Source of the DNA: a virus
Strand: one strand, 5' to 3'
Length of the DNA stretch: 64,000 nt
IMG/VR virus record: IMGVR_UViG_3300009082_000017
Span: 96,043-160,042 of that record
The translations under genes and the position numbers were made by a program. This document shows positions 29,605-39,937 of this stretch, piece by piece. Position 1 is the first letter of the stretch. The number at the start of each line of letters is the position of its first letter. The notes beneath the pieces were generated by a model. That model did not search any database. It had not been told where the DNA came from and saw only the letters and a list, made by a program, of their open reading frames with translations.

Positions 29605-30555
29605 ATGGTTACTGAAAAAAATAAAAAAGAACTCAAAATAATTGAGAAAAAAGAATTAGATAAATTCTTGCATCGCAAGTCTATTAAGTCTGAGCATACT
29701 AGGAAGTCATACAAAAATTGCATTGGACAATTGTTTGATCATTATAATATTGAAACGATAGAAGATTATCAAAAACTCACATTGTCTAATTTCGAAGATT
29801 ATCTTAATTCTTTACCAATCAAAGATGCCTCGTATAATCAACACCTTCGCTCTCTAAAGGTTTTCTCGTCTTGGTTAAAGAAGCATGATAAAATTCAAGA
29901 AGATATCCTCCAACCAATTAAATTGACTAAGGTAAACGCAGTTACTGGCGATAAAGAATATGATAAGAAAAGACGAGCGAAAGAAAAGTTATATCTTACA
30001 GATAATGAAATTCAAAAAATGATTGCTGTGTCAAAAAATATAAATTCTAAATTAGCTATTGCCCTTATGGGGTATATGGGACTTCGCAGAGAAGAACTTG
30101 TTGGTTTGACTATCACAGATGTTCATGGAGATTTCTTAGGGATTCCAGGGAAAGGCGGTACATACGAAGAAAGAAAAATGCCTCCTGCTGTAAAGTTTTT
30201 GGTAAATGAATATTTGAAAACCAGAAATAATAATTCTGAATATCTTATCGTTTCAAAAGTTGGGCAACATCAAATTACAAATACCAATTCTATTTATGAA
30301 AGGATCAAATCTGCCGGAAGAAAAGCTGGAATTGATGCCGAAAAAATGAAATTAGTTACCCCACATACAATGAGACGAAGTACTGCTTGTAATGCTGTAC
30401 TTAGGGGTGTTCCAAGTACTGTAGTCAAAGAGATGCTTAGGCATCAACGACAAGTTACAACTGATATCTATTTGGAAGCGTTAAAAGGATCTGAGGCAGT
30501 TGATGCAGCTTTTGATTCACAACCAATGCCCGATATGTCAGTTTTGATGGTATAG
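29605..30555 (+). CDS. XerC/D-like tyrosine recombinase
   Basis: SAM-like N-terminus (S..T...Y), GLRREE (R), GKGG (K), PHTMRRS (HxxR), LRH, TTDIY (Y); strong AAGGAGG RBS. Confidence 0.92.
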   Translation: MVTEKNKKELKIIEKKELDKFLHRKSIKSEHTRKSYKNCIGQLFDHYNIETIEDYQKLTLSNFEDYLNSLPIKDASYNQHLRSLKVFSSWLKKHDKIQEDILQPIKLTKVNAVTGDKEYDKKRRAKEKLYLTDNEIQKMIAVSKNINSKLAIALMGYMGLRREELVGLTITDVHGDFLGIPGKGGTYEERKMPPAVKFLVNEYLKTRNNNSEYLIVSKVGQHQITNTNSIYERIKSAGRKAGIDAEKMKLVTPHTMRRSTACNAVLRGVPSTVVKEMLRHQRQVTTDIYLEALKGSEAVDAAFDSQPMPDMSVLMV

Positions 30556-30564
30556 GAGAATAAC

Positions 30565-33500
30565 ATGGAAATCGAATTATCTAAACTAGAATGGGAAAGA
30601 TTTTTAACCTACCATGAAGAAAAATATGGTGAGTATGGATGGTATCCAAATTTAACCGGAGTAAACGTAGTAGATAGAAATACTGGTAAGTTGGTTGGAT
30701 TTCGTCAAAATATTCCAGAGCGATGTTTTATTTTGGAAGAATGGTTAGTGGGGACACCATGGGAAAAATTTGTAAGTGTAACCACGGTTACTAATTAAAA
30801 GGATAAAAAATGAATATTTTTAATATGTTGATAATTCTGTTCCTTGTGTTAATGTTTTTTATTAGTTTGACTATTGATTCAAAATATTATAATAAATCGA
30901 CAGGGGAGTTGCCATAATGACACATGTTACGGTTCATCAACTTACAGCAAGAAATAGTGAGAAAGTTTTCTTAAATGTCGATAATGATGTTTATGGATGT
31001 GTTAGTGTTTGGGGATCTTGTTATCAAAGACGAACATTTTTAATTCAAAAAGATTGTGATTTTTATCTTATGCAATTTGAAAATGATGAGTATTATAAAG
31101 AATGGCAAGAAAGCGAATCTGGTAAATTTTGGAAAGATGCAAGAATAACAGAAATTTTACCAATTATTAAAGATGATTATTACACCATGAAATAGAGATT
31201 TCATTCGGTTGAAGAAAGATAAATTATGAGTAAACCTATTATTACAGAAATTAGTGACGAAGATGGTCTTTATGAAATTAGAGAAGATTATTTGGGTAAA
31301 GAAATTATTCCTTGTAAAGACGTAGAAAAATGGGGGAATAATAGTTTTTTTGGAAATAAATTGAATGGATTTATGTCTGGCCATTTTATAGTGGATGGTA
31401 GAGAAACTTGTTTCTTTGCTGTAAAATATGGAAAGGGAAAATAATATGTCACAACACTACGACTTAATTACAGAAATAAAAAATCTACCCTTTAACATCA
31501 AAAATATTTTTGATTGGTCAAAAGTACTCTGGAATAATTTCGATTGGAGTGGTGATTTTCTTCTTGAAATTATCGAGTATAAATTAAAGAGAATGAAGCA
31601 GTATATGGAAGTTGATACTTTTGTTTGCAAAGAATCGGCTAAAGAAGATATTGACCAGATCAATTCTTGTTTAGAAGCATGTAGAAACTTGATATCAAAT
31701 GATTTTGAAAGTGATTTGGCAATAAAACATTATGATAAATACCCAATTAAATATGAACGTTACGTTGACGAAAAAGGACTTAGGCATACAGTTTGGAAGA
31801 ATATGGGCGAACAAGAAAAAATAGAGTTTGATGAAATGACAAAATTAATTGATGAATATCAAGAAAAATATAAACACCAATTATTCGACACCTTGCGTGA
31901 AAAATATAATTGGTGGGGAGATTAGTATGACACATTGGAATCACCGTGTAGTAAAGAAAGAATATCCTGAAAGTGCAGAGGTGTACACAGAATACTCTAT
32001 TCGAGAAGTCTTCTATAATGATGATGGAACAATCTACGCCTACACCGAAAACCCTATGGAAACTCGTGGAGAATCATTAGATTCGTTGCGAGAATATCTT
32101 ATGAGATGTTTGAAGGCTTTGGATCAGCCTGTTTTGGTAGATGGTGAGGTTGAGTTTAATGATGGTGGTGAAGAATGGAATGAGGAGTTTGGGCCATTCA
32201 ACAGCATGGAAGAATTAATGAAAGCTCTTGAAGCAGAAGATGAAGAAAATGAGGATGAAGATGCAATCGTTTGATACAGGGAAGGATGATGCGAGATACC
32301 GCGAATTACAAAATGCTTGGTCTGATGATAAGATTACTTGGAAGCAATTTCAAAAAGCCGAAGAGTATAAGTTTAGTTTAAATCAATTATTGTTTTGGGA
32401 TAGTTGTAGTTTTTGGGATAAGGTTATGGTTGTGTTTGGTAGAAAAGAATATCCAGATCAAGATATTTATGATACTAGAAGTGTATATTTTCAGGAAAGA
32501 GAAAAAATTATTAGTAAAGTAATAAAATATGGTTATGATAATAATATTCAATTTTCTTTCAAGCAAATGAAAAGTTTTGATCCATTACATGATAGAAATT
32601 ATAAAGAAAATTGGAAAGAGTTTGTGAAACAAAATGAGGTCAAAGATGTCTCATTGGAATCATAGAATTGTTTTAAAAGTTTATCCTTCTGGGGAAGCAG
32701 AATATTCTATTAGGGAAGTACATTATAAAAGTGAGGATGATTCTAATCCAGTATCATATAGCGCAAATCCACAACCTCCTTGTTCTGACACACCAAATGG
32801 ATTGAAATGGTATTTGGAAAAATCATTGGAAGCTTTTGAAAAGCCTACTTTGTTTGAGGGGCAAATTACAGAGTTTGAGAAGAATAAGTTTCAATGAAAC
32901 AGTAGTTTTATGGGGAAGTAAAATATAAAAATAGGAGATGAAAATGAGTAAAGAAAATGAACTAGAAAAAAGAATAGAAATTCTTGAAAAAGAAATTAGT
33001 GATATAAAAGAAAACATGAAGAAAAGAAGTGCATACATTATCACTAGGCTTTCTTGCGGAGTATGGAGACAATATTGGAATGAAAGGGCACAATGTTATT
33101 CTCGTTCTTTCTCTGATGCCACATTCTTTTCGGAAGAAGAAAAGAAAGTATACACTCGTAAATTAATGAGTGGTGAGTGGAGAAAGATTTCTTCGTTTTT
33201 GGATTTTCAATAAAATAATAATTTCATTAGGTTAAATTGGGTGGCAACGGAAAAGGAAAAGGTGAATACATATGGAAAATGTAAAGAATTTTGATAAAAT
33301 GAACGACGCCTTAAATAATATATTTTCAAATGGTAGTCAACCATACCACATTGACTATGAAAGAAGTTATGGCAATTTATTTGGGAATGATATAAAAAGT
33401 GCTGTAAAATTTTATTTGAGATTAGGATCTGAAGTAATGTATCCTAGTGATAAATATGCAGGATTTGTTTTATATCCTCAAGCCCTTAATCCGTTTTTAC

Positions 33501-36050
33501 GAATTATGGAGACTATGGGAGAATCAAGAAATATTATTATTCTTCCTGGTTTTGATCAAGAGACTGGAGACAAGGAATTCCCAAATCGTCCAGCATACTT
33601 AATTATAAAAGTTCCAAATCAAGTAACTTATCCCACAGATATCGCAATGGGAAAAATATAATTAATTAAAGTTAGGTTGCCACCTAATTTAGTCCAATGA
33701 AATGCCCGATTCATGGAAATATATAAAAAATAAAATATTAAACAAGGAGAATATAATGGAAGAGACTGTTACAATTAGTAAGGCTAAATGGAATAAATTA
33801 GTTAATGCAGACATGTTGTTGGGTATTCTACAAGATTATGGTGTAGATAATTGGAGTGGATATTCAGAAGCCATGGAAGAGTATGAAGACGCTTTGAGAG
33901 ATTGCGCTGAAACGGAAGAATAATATGAAAACAAAATGCTATTGTGTTTATTGCCCCAAACATCCATTCTTTGAACGTCAAAAAGAATTTGGACAAATTT
34001 CTGGATGGCACGCAAATATGTATAGCCCTATCCATTTCGACATGACTGCCGGTGCAGATGTTGAATGTCTTGATCCAAAAAGTGATGCTTTCTATGATTT
34101 GGAAGTTGAACCAGAAGATCATGAATTCAAGACATGTGCTTATGGTGACGGTAGTGCCGAAACAGGAACTAGTGGATGTGGTTGGGAAATTGATGCCTAT
34201 TGTGGTAATGAAGAGTATAAGGAGTTAGAGTAAAATGAGTTTATATAGAAAGTTGCCAGTAGAGATTGAAGCATTCAAATGGACAGGAGACCAAGACCAA
34301 ACTGAAGATCCGTTATGGATTGTTAACGCAATCAAAAGAGGAGATGTTTATTTTGTCAATCATAATTCTGGATTGGTTTTTATGAAAATAAAAACTCTTG
34401 AAGGAGAAATGACTGCCGGTCAAGGTGATTATATTATTAAGGGAATTAAAGGCGAATTGTATCCTTGTAAGCCTGATATTTTTGAAAATAGTTATGAGTT
34501 ACTACAAAAATAATTCCATGAAAGCGTCATTTCATTAGGTCTATAAAAATAAAAGGAGAATATAAAAATGGCAAAAAGTATAAAAACACAAATGGAATTA
34601 CTTTACGAAATGTGCGTAGAAATTTATGCTTGTTTGGAGTTAGATAGAGAATGGGAAAGTGCCAATCCCAGTGAAGCGTCTAATGTAGCTGACAGGGTCT
34701 TATGGATATTGGATAAAGAAGACAATGAAAATTTTCGTAAATTAGTACAAATCAAAATGGATGAAATTGATCCAGACTTTGATTATCACGACAAACAACT
34801 ATAGTCAATGAAACTGCCATTTCATTAGAATAAATTAAAATAAAATTAAAAATAAAAAGGAGAAAATATAATGAGTGCTGGAGCGTATAAAAGTGGAAAT
34901 TGGGAAGGAAATTTCAAATTTTCACCAGGAACATTTGAAGAAAAGAAAGACCCAGATGATAATTTAAGATATATGTATAGACAAATCCCGTCTAACTTTA
35001 CTGGAGAAAAAATAATTTATAATGTGAATGGGAATAGAGTCAAGGTTAGTGTAGAAAATGGAAGAGTATATAATTGGAGTTGGGGATAACCCATGAAACA
35101 GATATTTTATGGGGCGTTAAAAGGTAATATATTGCTTGTTATGGTATAAAACAAAGGTTAAAGTGTAAGTTATTACTTATTATAAAAAGGAATAAAATGG
35201 AAAACGAATATAAAGATTATGTAATTGTAATGTGGAATAATGATTCTAAATATAAAGGGCAAACTCAAAATATTGAAACGCAAGGTGAAGCCGAATCTTT
35301 ATTTTCAGAATATTTTAATCAATTTGAAAATATTGAATTAGTAGAGATAAATACCACAAGGACTGTTTTAAAACACAAGTATATGACAATTACCTCATAA
35401 AACGAAAATTTCATGTGAAATAAAATTTATAGAAAGGAGAATAAGAGATGGAAGAGAAAATTGAAGCAAAGAAAAGAAATACTTCTTGGATAGTCACGGC
35501 GACTTCCCCATTGATCAGACCTGGACTAAGTATTAGTATTACGGTTTCTGAAAAATATGTTGTAGAAGAAACTTTAAAACTTATGGATAAGATTAGAGAA
35601 ATTAATACTACCCCATGAAACAAGAGTTTCATTAGAAACTTAAATCTATAGAAAGGATATTATATGTCAAATAAAATTTTACATTTACAAATTCCGATGA
35701 TGGATACAAAAGCACCAGTACGAGATGCTTTTGGGGTATCAGCAGAAGCAGCAAGTAAATTTGTTTCTATGGTAAAAGAAAAGCTTGGAGATGATTGGGT
35801 TGTAGTTATGTCACCCTTTAACCCAACAATTTCTGAAGATGGTCAAACATTTTATAACTTTAAAATGGAACAACTTACAAAAGAAGAATTAGTAAATTTA
35901 ATCAAATAAATTCAAAAAGGAGAACCCTATGACCGACGAACAAATCAAACAAATGAATGAACACAACGAAGCTATGGCAAAATTACGTTCAGAAAAGGCA
36001 AAGCAACCAAAGACACATCGAGAGAAACAGAAGGAACGGAAGCGTCATTA
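30565..36050 (+). CDS. tract of about 20 small hypothetical proteins, many singly bounded by palindromic sites
   Basis: ORFs at 30565, 30917, 31226, ~31446, 31927, ~32261, 32646, 32938, 33272, 33756, 33925, 34235 (conserved phage RK.PVEIEA...TLEG...GDYIIKG..GE.YPCKPDIF type), 34568, 34871, 35197, 35448, 35664. Confidence 0.7.
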
Positions 36051-36090
36051 ATTATTAGTAATATTAATAAAATTGGTATCACTAAAACCC

Positions 36091-36119
36091 TTGACAAATT
36101 TGGGTTTGTGTGGTAGACT
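36091..36119 (+). promoter_or_regulatory. sigma70-type promoter upstream of tRNA
   Basis: TTGACA-17-TAGACT, extended TG. Confidence 0.8.
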
Positions 36120-36189
36120 TAGGTAGCATTGACGAAGGCATAGCTTATCGTCATTAAAGTTTACGGCATCTTGCCAAAAATGCCGAATC

Positions 36190-36263
36190 GTACCCTTAGC
36201 TCAGTTGGTTAGAGCAAGCGGCTCATAACCGCTGGGTCACAGGTTCAAGTCCTGTAGGGTACA
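36190..36263 (+). tRNA. tRNA with CAT anticodon, most likely tRNA-Ile2 (lysidine type); CCA not encoded
   Basis: Cloverleaf: GTACCCT/AGGGTAC, GCTC/GAGC, AGCGG-CTCATAA-CCGCT, ACAGG-TTCAAGT-CCTGT. C4 and C5 in acceptor stem (TilS determinants); no initiator features. Confidence 0.93.
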
Positions 36264-36314
36264 CTAGGGCAATGAGGCAACCTATTTCTTTTATTTCACA
36301 GGAGGTAAATTATT

Positions 36315-36689
36315 ATGTTCCCAACTACTTTTTTCGAAACACTTTCTTTTGATCCACGAGCCTACAGGTTCCATCGTCCAATGCTAGAACGAGAAGGTTA
36401 TTTTACTATTGAAAAAGATGGTAAAATTCTTGTTCTTTTGAATGTATTGGGTGTAGCAAAGGATGACATTTCTGTTGATGTTAAAAACACGTCAGAAAAC
36501 AAAGAATTAATTGTTATTAATGGTACAACAAAAAACGAGGATTTTGATAAAGAATTTAGCATCAATATGTCATTCCTTGTAGGAAAACCCATGGAAACCC
36601 TTGAATGGGATATGGAAAATGGTTTTATGACTATGACTCTTACTTTCAAAGAGCCAGTAAAACCATCAGTCAAGATTATTAGCAAGTAA
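36315..36689 (+). CDS. Hsp20/alpha-crystallin small heat-shock protein
   Basis: V.GV.KDDI.V.V...I.I.G and ENGF pattern; GGAGGT RBS. Confidence 0.75.
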   Translation: MFPTTFFETLSFDPRAYRFHRPMLEREGYFTIEKDGKILVLLNVLGVAKDDISVDVKNTSENKELIVINGTTKNEDFDKEFSINMSFLVGKPMETLEWDMENGFMTMTLTFKEPVKPSVKIISK

Positions 36690-36896
36690 ATTTCTTTCGT
36701 CTCATTGCCCTATTTGGTATCATTATTATAGAATCTAATTAAGGAGGTGAACCATCTACACAACCCAATGAAAGTGTTATTTCATGGTAATTTTAAAAGG
36801 AGTTATATAATATAAAATAAATAAAAAAATAAAAATAAAAAATCTAAAATAAAAATCAAAAAATAAAATTATATAAAAGAAAAGGAAAAAATAAAA

Positions 36897-37949
36897 ATGG
36901 CAAAAACTAAAGGATTAGAACTTCCGCAGCAACGTGGGAATTTTGAGATTAAGGGTATCGTTACTGGCGTATCTAAGGAAAATTTCTATAAGGAAACAAA
37001 GACAAAGACAGGTAAGGATTTTCGTGCCTTGAATTTCGGTGTTACATTTGACAAAAATCAAACATTATTCGTTACTCTTACTGGTATGCCCATGGATAAT
37101 GTTTATTTCTCCAAACGCGGAGAAAAGGGTGAAAAGCCCACCACTATGCCGGTGCCTTGGAAAGATCGTCGCACCTTCAAGAAAGAAGGATTCTCTCTTA
37201 TTGGTGTGAATTGTGGTTTGAAGAAAACCACAAATGACAAAGGTACAGAAGTTAATGATATTCAACATTTAACTCCTTTTGATGCGTGCCAGTATATTTC
37301 TGAAAATCTTCAAGATGGTGTTTCAGTTTATATTCGTGGAAATATTGAATTTTCACATTATGCAAATAAAGAGGGTGAATTACAACATAATTCAAAGTTG
37401 GTTATTACTCAAATCTCATTATGCAAGCCTGTAGATTTCGAAGCGACTGATTTCAAACCTGACGCTCAATTCACTCAACCTTTTGTGTTTATGGGGGTTC
37501 GTAAGGAAGATTCAGTTTTTGTAGCAGAAGGCAAAGTTGTGAATTATGCTACTGTTGAAGATGCAGAATTTATTATCGAAAATGAAAAAATTGCAACCAA
37601 TTTCAAGAAAAATGTCAAGCCATACACTGCTATGAAAACATGGGGCGATATTCGCACTGTAAAAAATACTGAAGTTGTTGAAGAAACTACTTCAGATGAT
37701 GGTTGGGGCGAAAAGAATGCCATGGATCGTGTAACTGGTCAATATCGCAAAACGCTTATTATTATGGGTGCAGACAAAGAGTCTCTTGATCGTGAAACAT
37801 ATACCGAGGCATTACTAGATAAGGCTATTGAAACTATGGCTGCTAACGAAAATGCTAAGAAAGATTTTGGAGAAGGAGAAGAAGATTGGGGCGGAGATAG
37901 CAAGATTAGTGGTGAAAAGAAAGAAGATGATGACGAGGCTTGGAGCTAG
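36897..37949 (+). CDS. putative ssDNA-binding protein (SPbeta YorF-like position)
   Basis: Beta-rich, acidic C-terminal tail ending DDDEAWS; first gene of replication block. Confidence 0.6.
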   Translation: MAKTKGLELPQQRGNFEIKGIVTGVSKENFYKETKTKTGKDFRALNFGVTFDKNQTLFVTLTGMPMDNVYFSKRGEKGEKPTTMPVPWKDRRTFKKEGFSLIGVNCGLKKTTNDKGTEVNDIQHLTPFDACQYISENLQDGVSVYIRGNIEFSHYANKEGELQHNSKLVITQISLCKPVDFEATDFKPDAQFTQPFVFMGVRKEDSVFVAEGKVVNYATVEDAEFIIENEKIATNFKKNVKPYTAMKTWGDIRTVKNTEVVEETTSDDGWGEKNAMDRVTGQYRKTLIIMGADKESLDRETYTEALLDKAIETMAANENAKKDFGEGEEDWGGDSKISGEKKEDDDEAWS

Positions 37950-38128
37950 TTATGAATAAAATTGTAATGAAAATTCAGTCTAAAGAAGACGAGGTGTCAT
38001 CGTCAATCAAAATGAAAGACCATCCTGATGAGGACGAGTTAGATATGATTGTATTGTGTTTTAGGAATTTGCTTGAAAAGGCAGATTATTCGCAATCTCA
38101 AATTGATGGTATTTTGAAGGAGAACTAA
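37940..38128 (+). CDS. hypothetical protein
   Basis: Fills gap in operon. Confidence 0.55.
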   Translation: MELVMNKIVMKIQSKEDEVSSSIKMKDHPDEDELDMIVLCFRNLLEKADYSQSQIDGILKEN

Positions 38129-38131
38129 CAT

Positions 38132-39205
38132 ATGAAATATGCAAAGAACGTACTTAAGGTTGACATTTCAAATTTTAGACATTACTGGCGTGGAATCCCT
38201 AAAATTGGAAAGACAACGCTTTTCAGGGACTTACTCGTAGAAAGTTATGGTGATACAAAATTTGGATTGTTGTTATCTCCAGGAAATGAAACGGGCTATA
38301 AGGCGCTTAGTGATATCGTTGCTCACGAAACTCCAACATGGGAAGACTTTGTAGAAACTGTTGACGATCTTGTTGAGAATAAAGAAGACAATGAATTTAA
38401 GCTTGTAGCAATTGACACTGTAGACGAATTAGTTTCAATCGCCTCAGACAAGGTTCTCAAGGTTCATTTTGCACGTAAAAATGAAAAGGCTTTTACTCTT
38501 AATGCTGCATTGGGCGGTTTTGGGCAAGGGCATATTATGGTTCAAGATTTGATTAATGATCAAATTCGTAGACTTGAACTTGCTGGTTACGGACTTGTTT
38601 TTATTAGTCATACTAAGATTAAAGAAATCAAGGGCAAAACCGAAGAGGATACTTATAGTCAATTGACTTCTAATATGGAAAGTCGATTTGATAAGATCTT
38701 CGCTGACAAGGCTGATGTGATTGCAACCTTTATGACTGTTAAAAACGTTAAAGATAATAAGCTTGAAGGTACTTCTCGCTATATTTTCTTCCGTAATGAT
38801 GGTTTCGTTGATGCTGGATCTCGTTTCAATAATATGCCAGAAAAGGTTGAAATGTCTGCGAAGAATTATCTTGAAGCATTCAACCAAGGCGTAATTTCTT
38901 CTTTTGGGAAGCCTGTTGATCAAAAGGAGATTGAAAGATTACGCAAGGAAGAAATCGCCAAACGTGATGCAGATGCCGCAAAGTATGTTGCAAAAGCAAA
39001 GACGGGAAGTGTTGAGAATGCCGATAGTCTTAAGTCTGCGGAAGACTACATTAATTTGATTGATAAAGAGATTGCTTCATTGGACAAAGAGGGCAAGCGT
39101 CAAAAACAGGAAGAACTCAAAGAACATAATGTTCCTACCAAATACAAGGAACTTACTGACATTGAAGTTCTCAAGACCATTTTAAAGGTTGTTTCAAGCA
39201 AGTAG
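38132..39205 (+). CDS. AAA_24/Sak4-like ATPase
   Basis: GIPKIGKTT, IDTVD, GGFGQG, FISH. Confidence 0.8.
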   Translation: MKYAKNVLKVDISNFRHYWRGIPKIGKTTLFRDLLVESYGDTKFGLLLSPGNETGYKALSDIVAHETPTWEDFVETVDDLVENKEDNEFKLVAIDTVDELVSIASDKVLKVHFARKNEKAFTLNAALGGFGQGHIMVQDLINDQIRRLELAGYGLVFISHTKIKEIKGKTEEDTYSQLTSNMESRFDKIFADKADVIATFMTVKNVKDNKLEGTSRYIFFRNDGFVDAGSRFNNMPEKVEMSAKNYLEAFNQGVISSFGKPVDQKEIERLRKEEIAKRDADAAKYVAKAKTGSVENADSLKSAEDYINLIDKEIASLDKEGKRQKQEELKEHNVPTKYKELTDIEVLKTILKVVSSK

Positions 39206-39229
39206 TGTTATAGGATTATTGTTATAAAA

Positions 39230-39265
39230 AATGGGTAGGGCATATAAAGGTTTGTCCTACCCATT
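39230..39265 (+). terminator. stem-loop after SSB/ATPase genes
   Basis: AATGGGTAGGGCA/TGTCCTACCCATT 13-bp stem; weak U tract on +, A run upstream. Confidence 0.6.
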
Positions 39266-39302
39266 ATTGTAAAGGAATTAAAGGAACAAAAGAGAGTTAA
39301 TT

Positions 39303-39935
39303 ATGGAAATAAAAACAACTCGAAAATGTAAAAAATGTAAAAACCTAATCGTCCTAGAAATGGATAAATTTGTTCCTTTCAATAAAGATGATTATTATCA
39401 TTATGATTGTTTTATAGAACACATGAATAGTAAAAGTAAAAAATTATCGCAAGAGGAAATATCAAAAATGATTACAGAATCACAAGAAAAAAATCGTGAT
39501 AAAGTGAAAAATATCATTGACAAGAACCATCTCTTTGCGTATGTTGTAAGACGATATGAATTAACCTATAAACCCAAACACTTCTTCATTAAATTTGAAG
39601 AAATTTTTAATGGTCATTATAAAAATATAACCGAACCCATTTCTCCAGGTGATTTATTAGATATGTGGATAAGGAAAGAAGGTTATTTGGATAGAACTAA
39701 TCAATGGAAGGTTGGCAAAGGCGAAGGGATGGAAGGTTTGAATAGGATGTTTTATGATATTTCAGTGCTTTTAAGCAAGTATAGTAGTTATAAGAAGTGG
39801 AAAGAAATGCAAGAAGTAAATACTCGCACCAAAGAAAATATTATTGAAGAAAATAAATTAAAAATAGATTATATGAAAATATATAATACAAATAAAGAAA
39901 AAAATAACATAGAAAATATACTTGAGGAGATTTAA
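39303..39935 (+). CDS. zinc-binding replication-block protein (YorH-like position)
   Basis: CKKC...H..C; directly upstream of helicase. Confidence 0.6.
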   Translation: MEIKTTRKCKKCKNLIVLEMDKFVPFNKDDYYHYDCFIEHMNSKSKKLSQEEISKMITESQEKNRDKVKNIIDKNHLFAYVVRRYELTYKPKHFFIKFEEIFNGHYKNITEPISPGDLLDMWIRKEGYLDRTNQWKVGKGEGMEGLNRMFYDISVLLSKYSSYKKWKEMQEVNTRTKENIIEENKLKIDYMKIYNTNKEKNNIENILEEI

Positions 39936-39937
39936 AT

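Larger units (their letters stand above)
27592..36786. repeat. Dispersed 7-6-7 palindromic site array, tract 2 (13 copies)
   Basis: Cores at 27592, 28593, 28940, 31186, 32893, 33209, 33696, 34517, 34807, 35092, 35396, 35614, 36767. Confidence 0.95.

Noticed and set aside
36190-36263. tRNA as prophage attachment site or boundary
   Set aside because: Phage-like genes, promoters and the palindrome continue on both sides; no duplicated tRNA 3' end seen.
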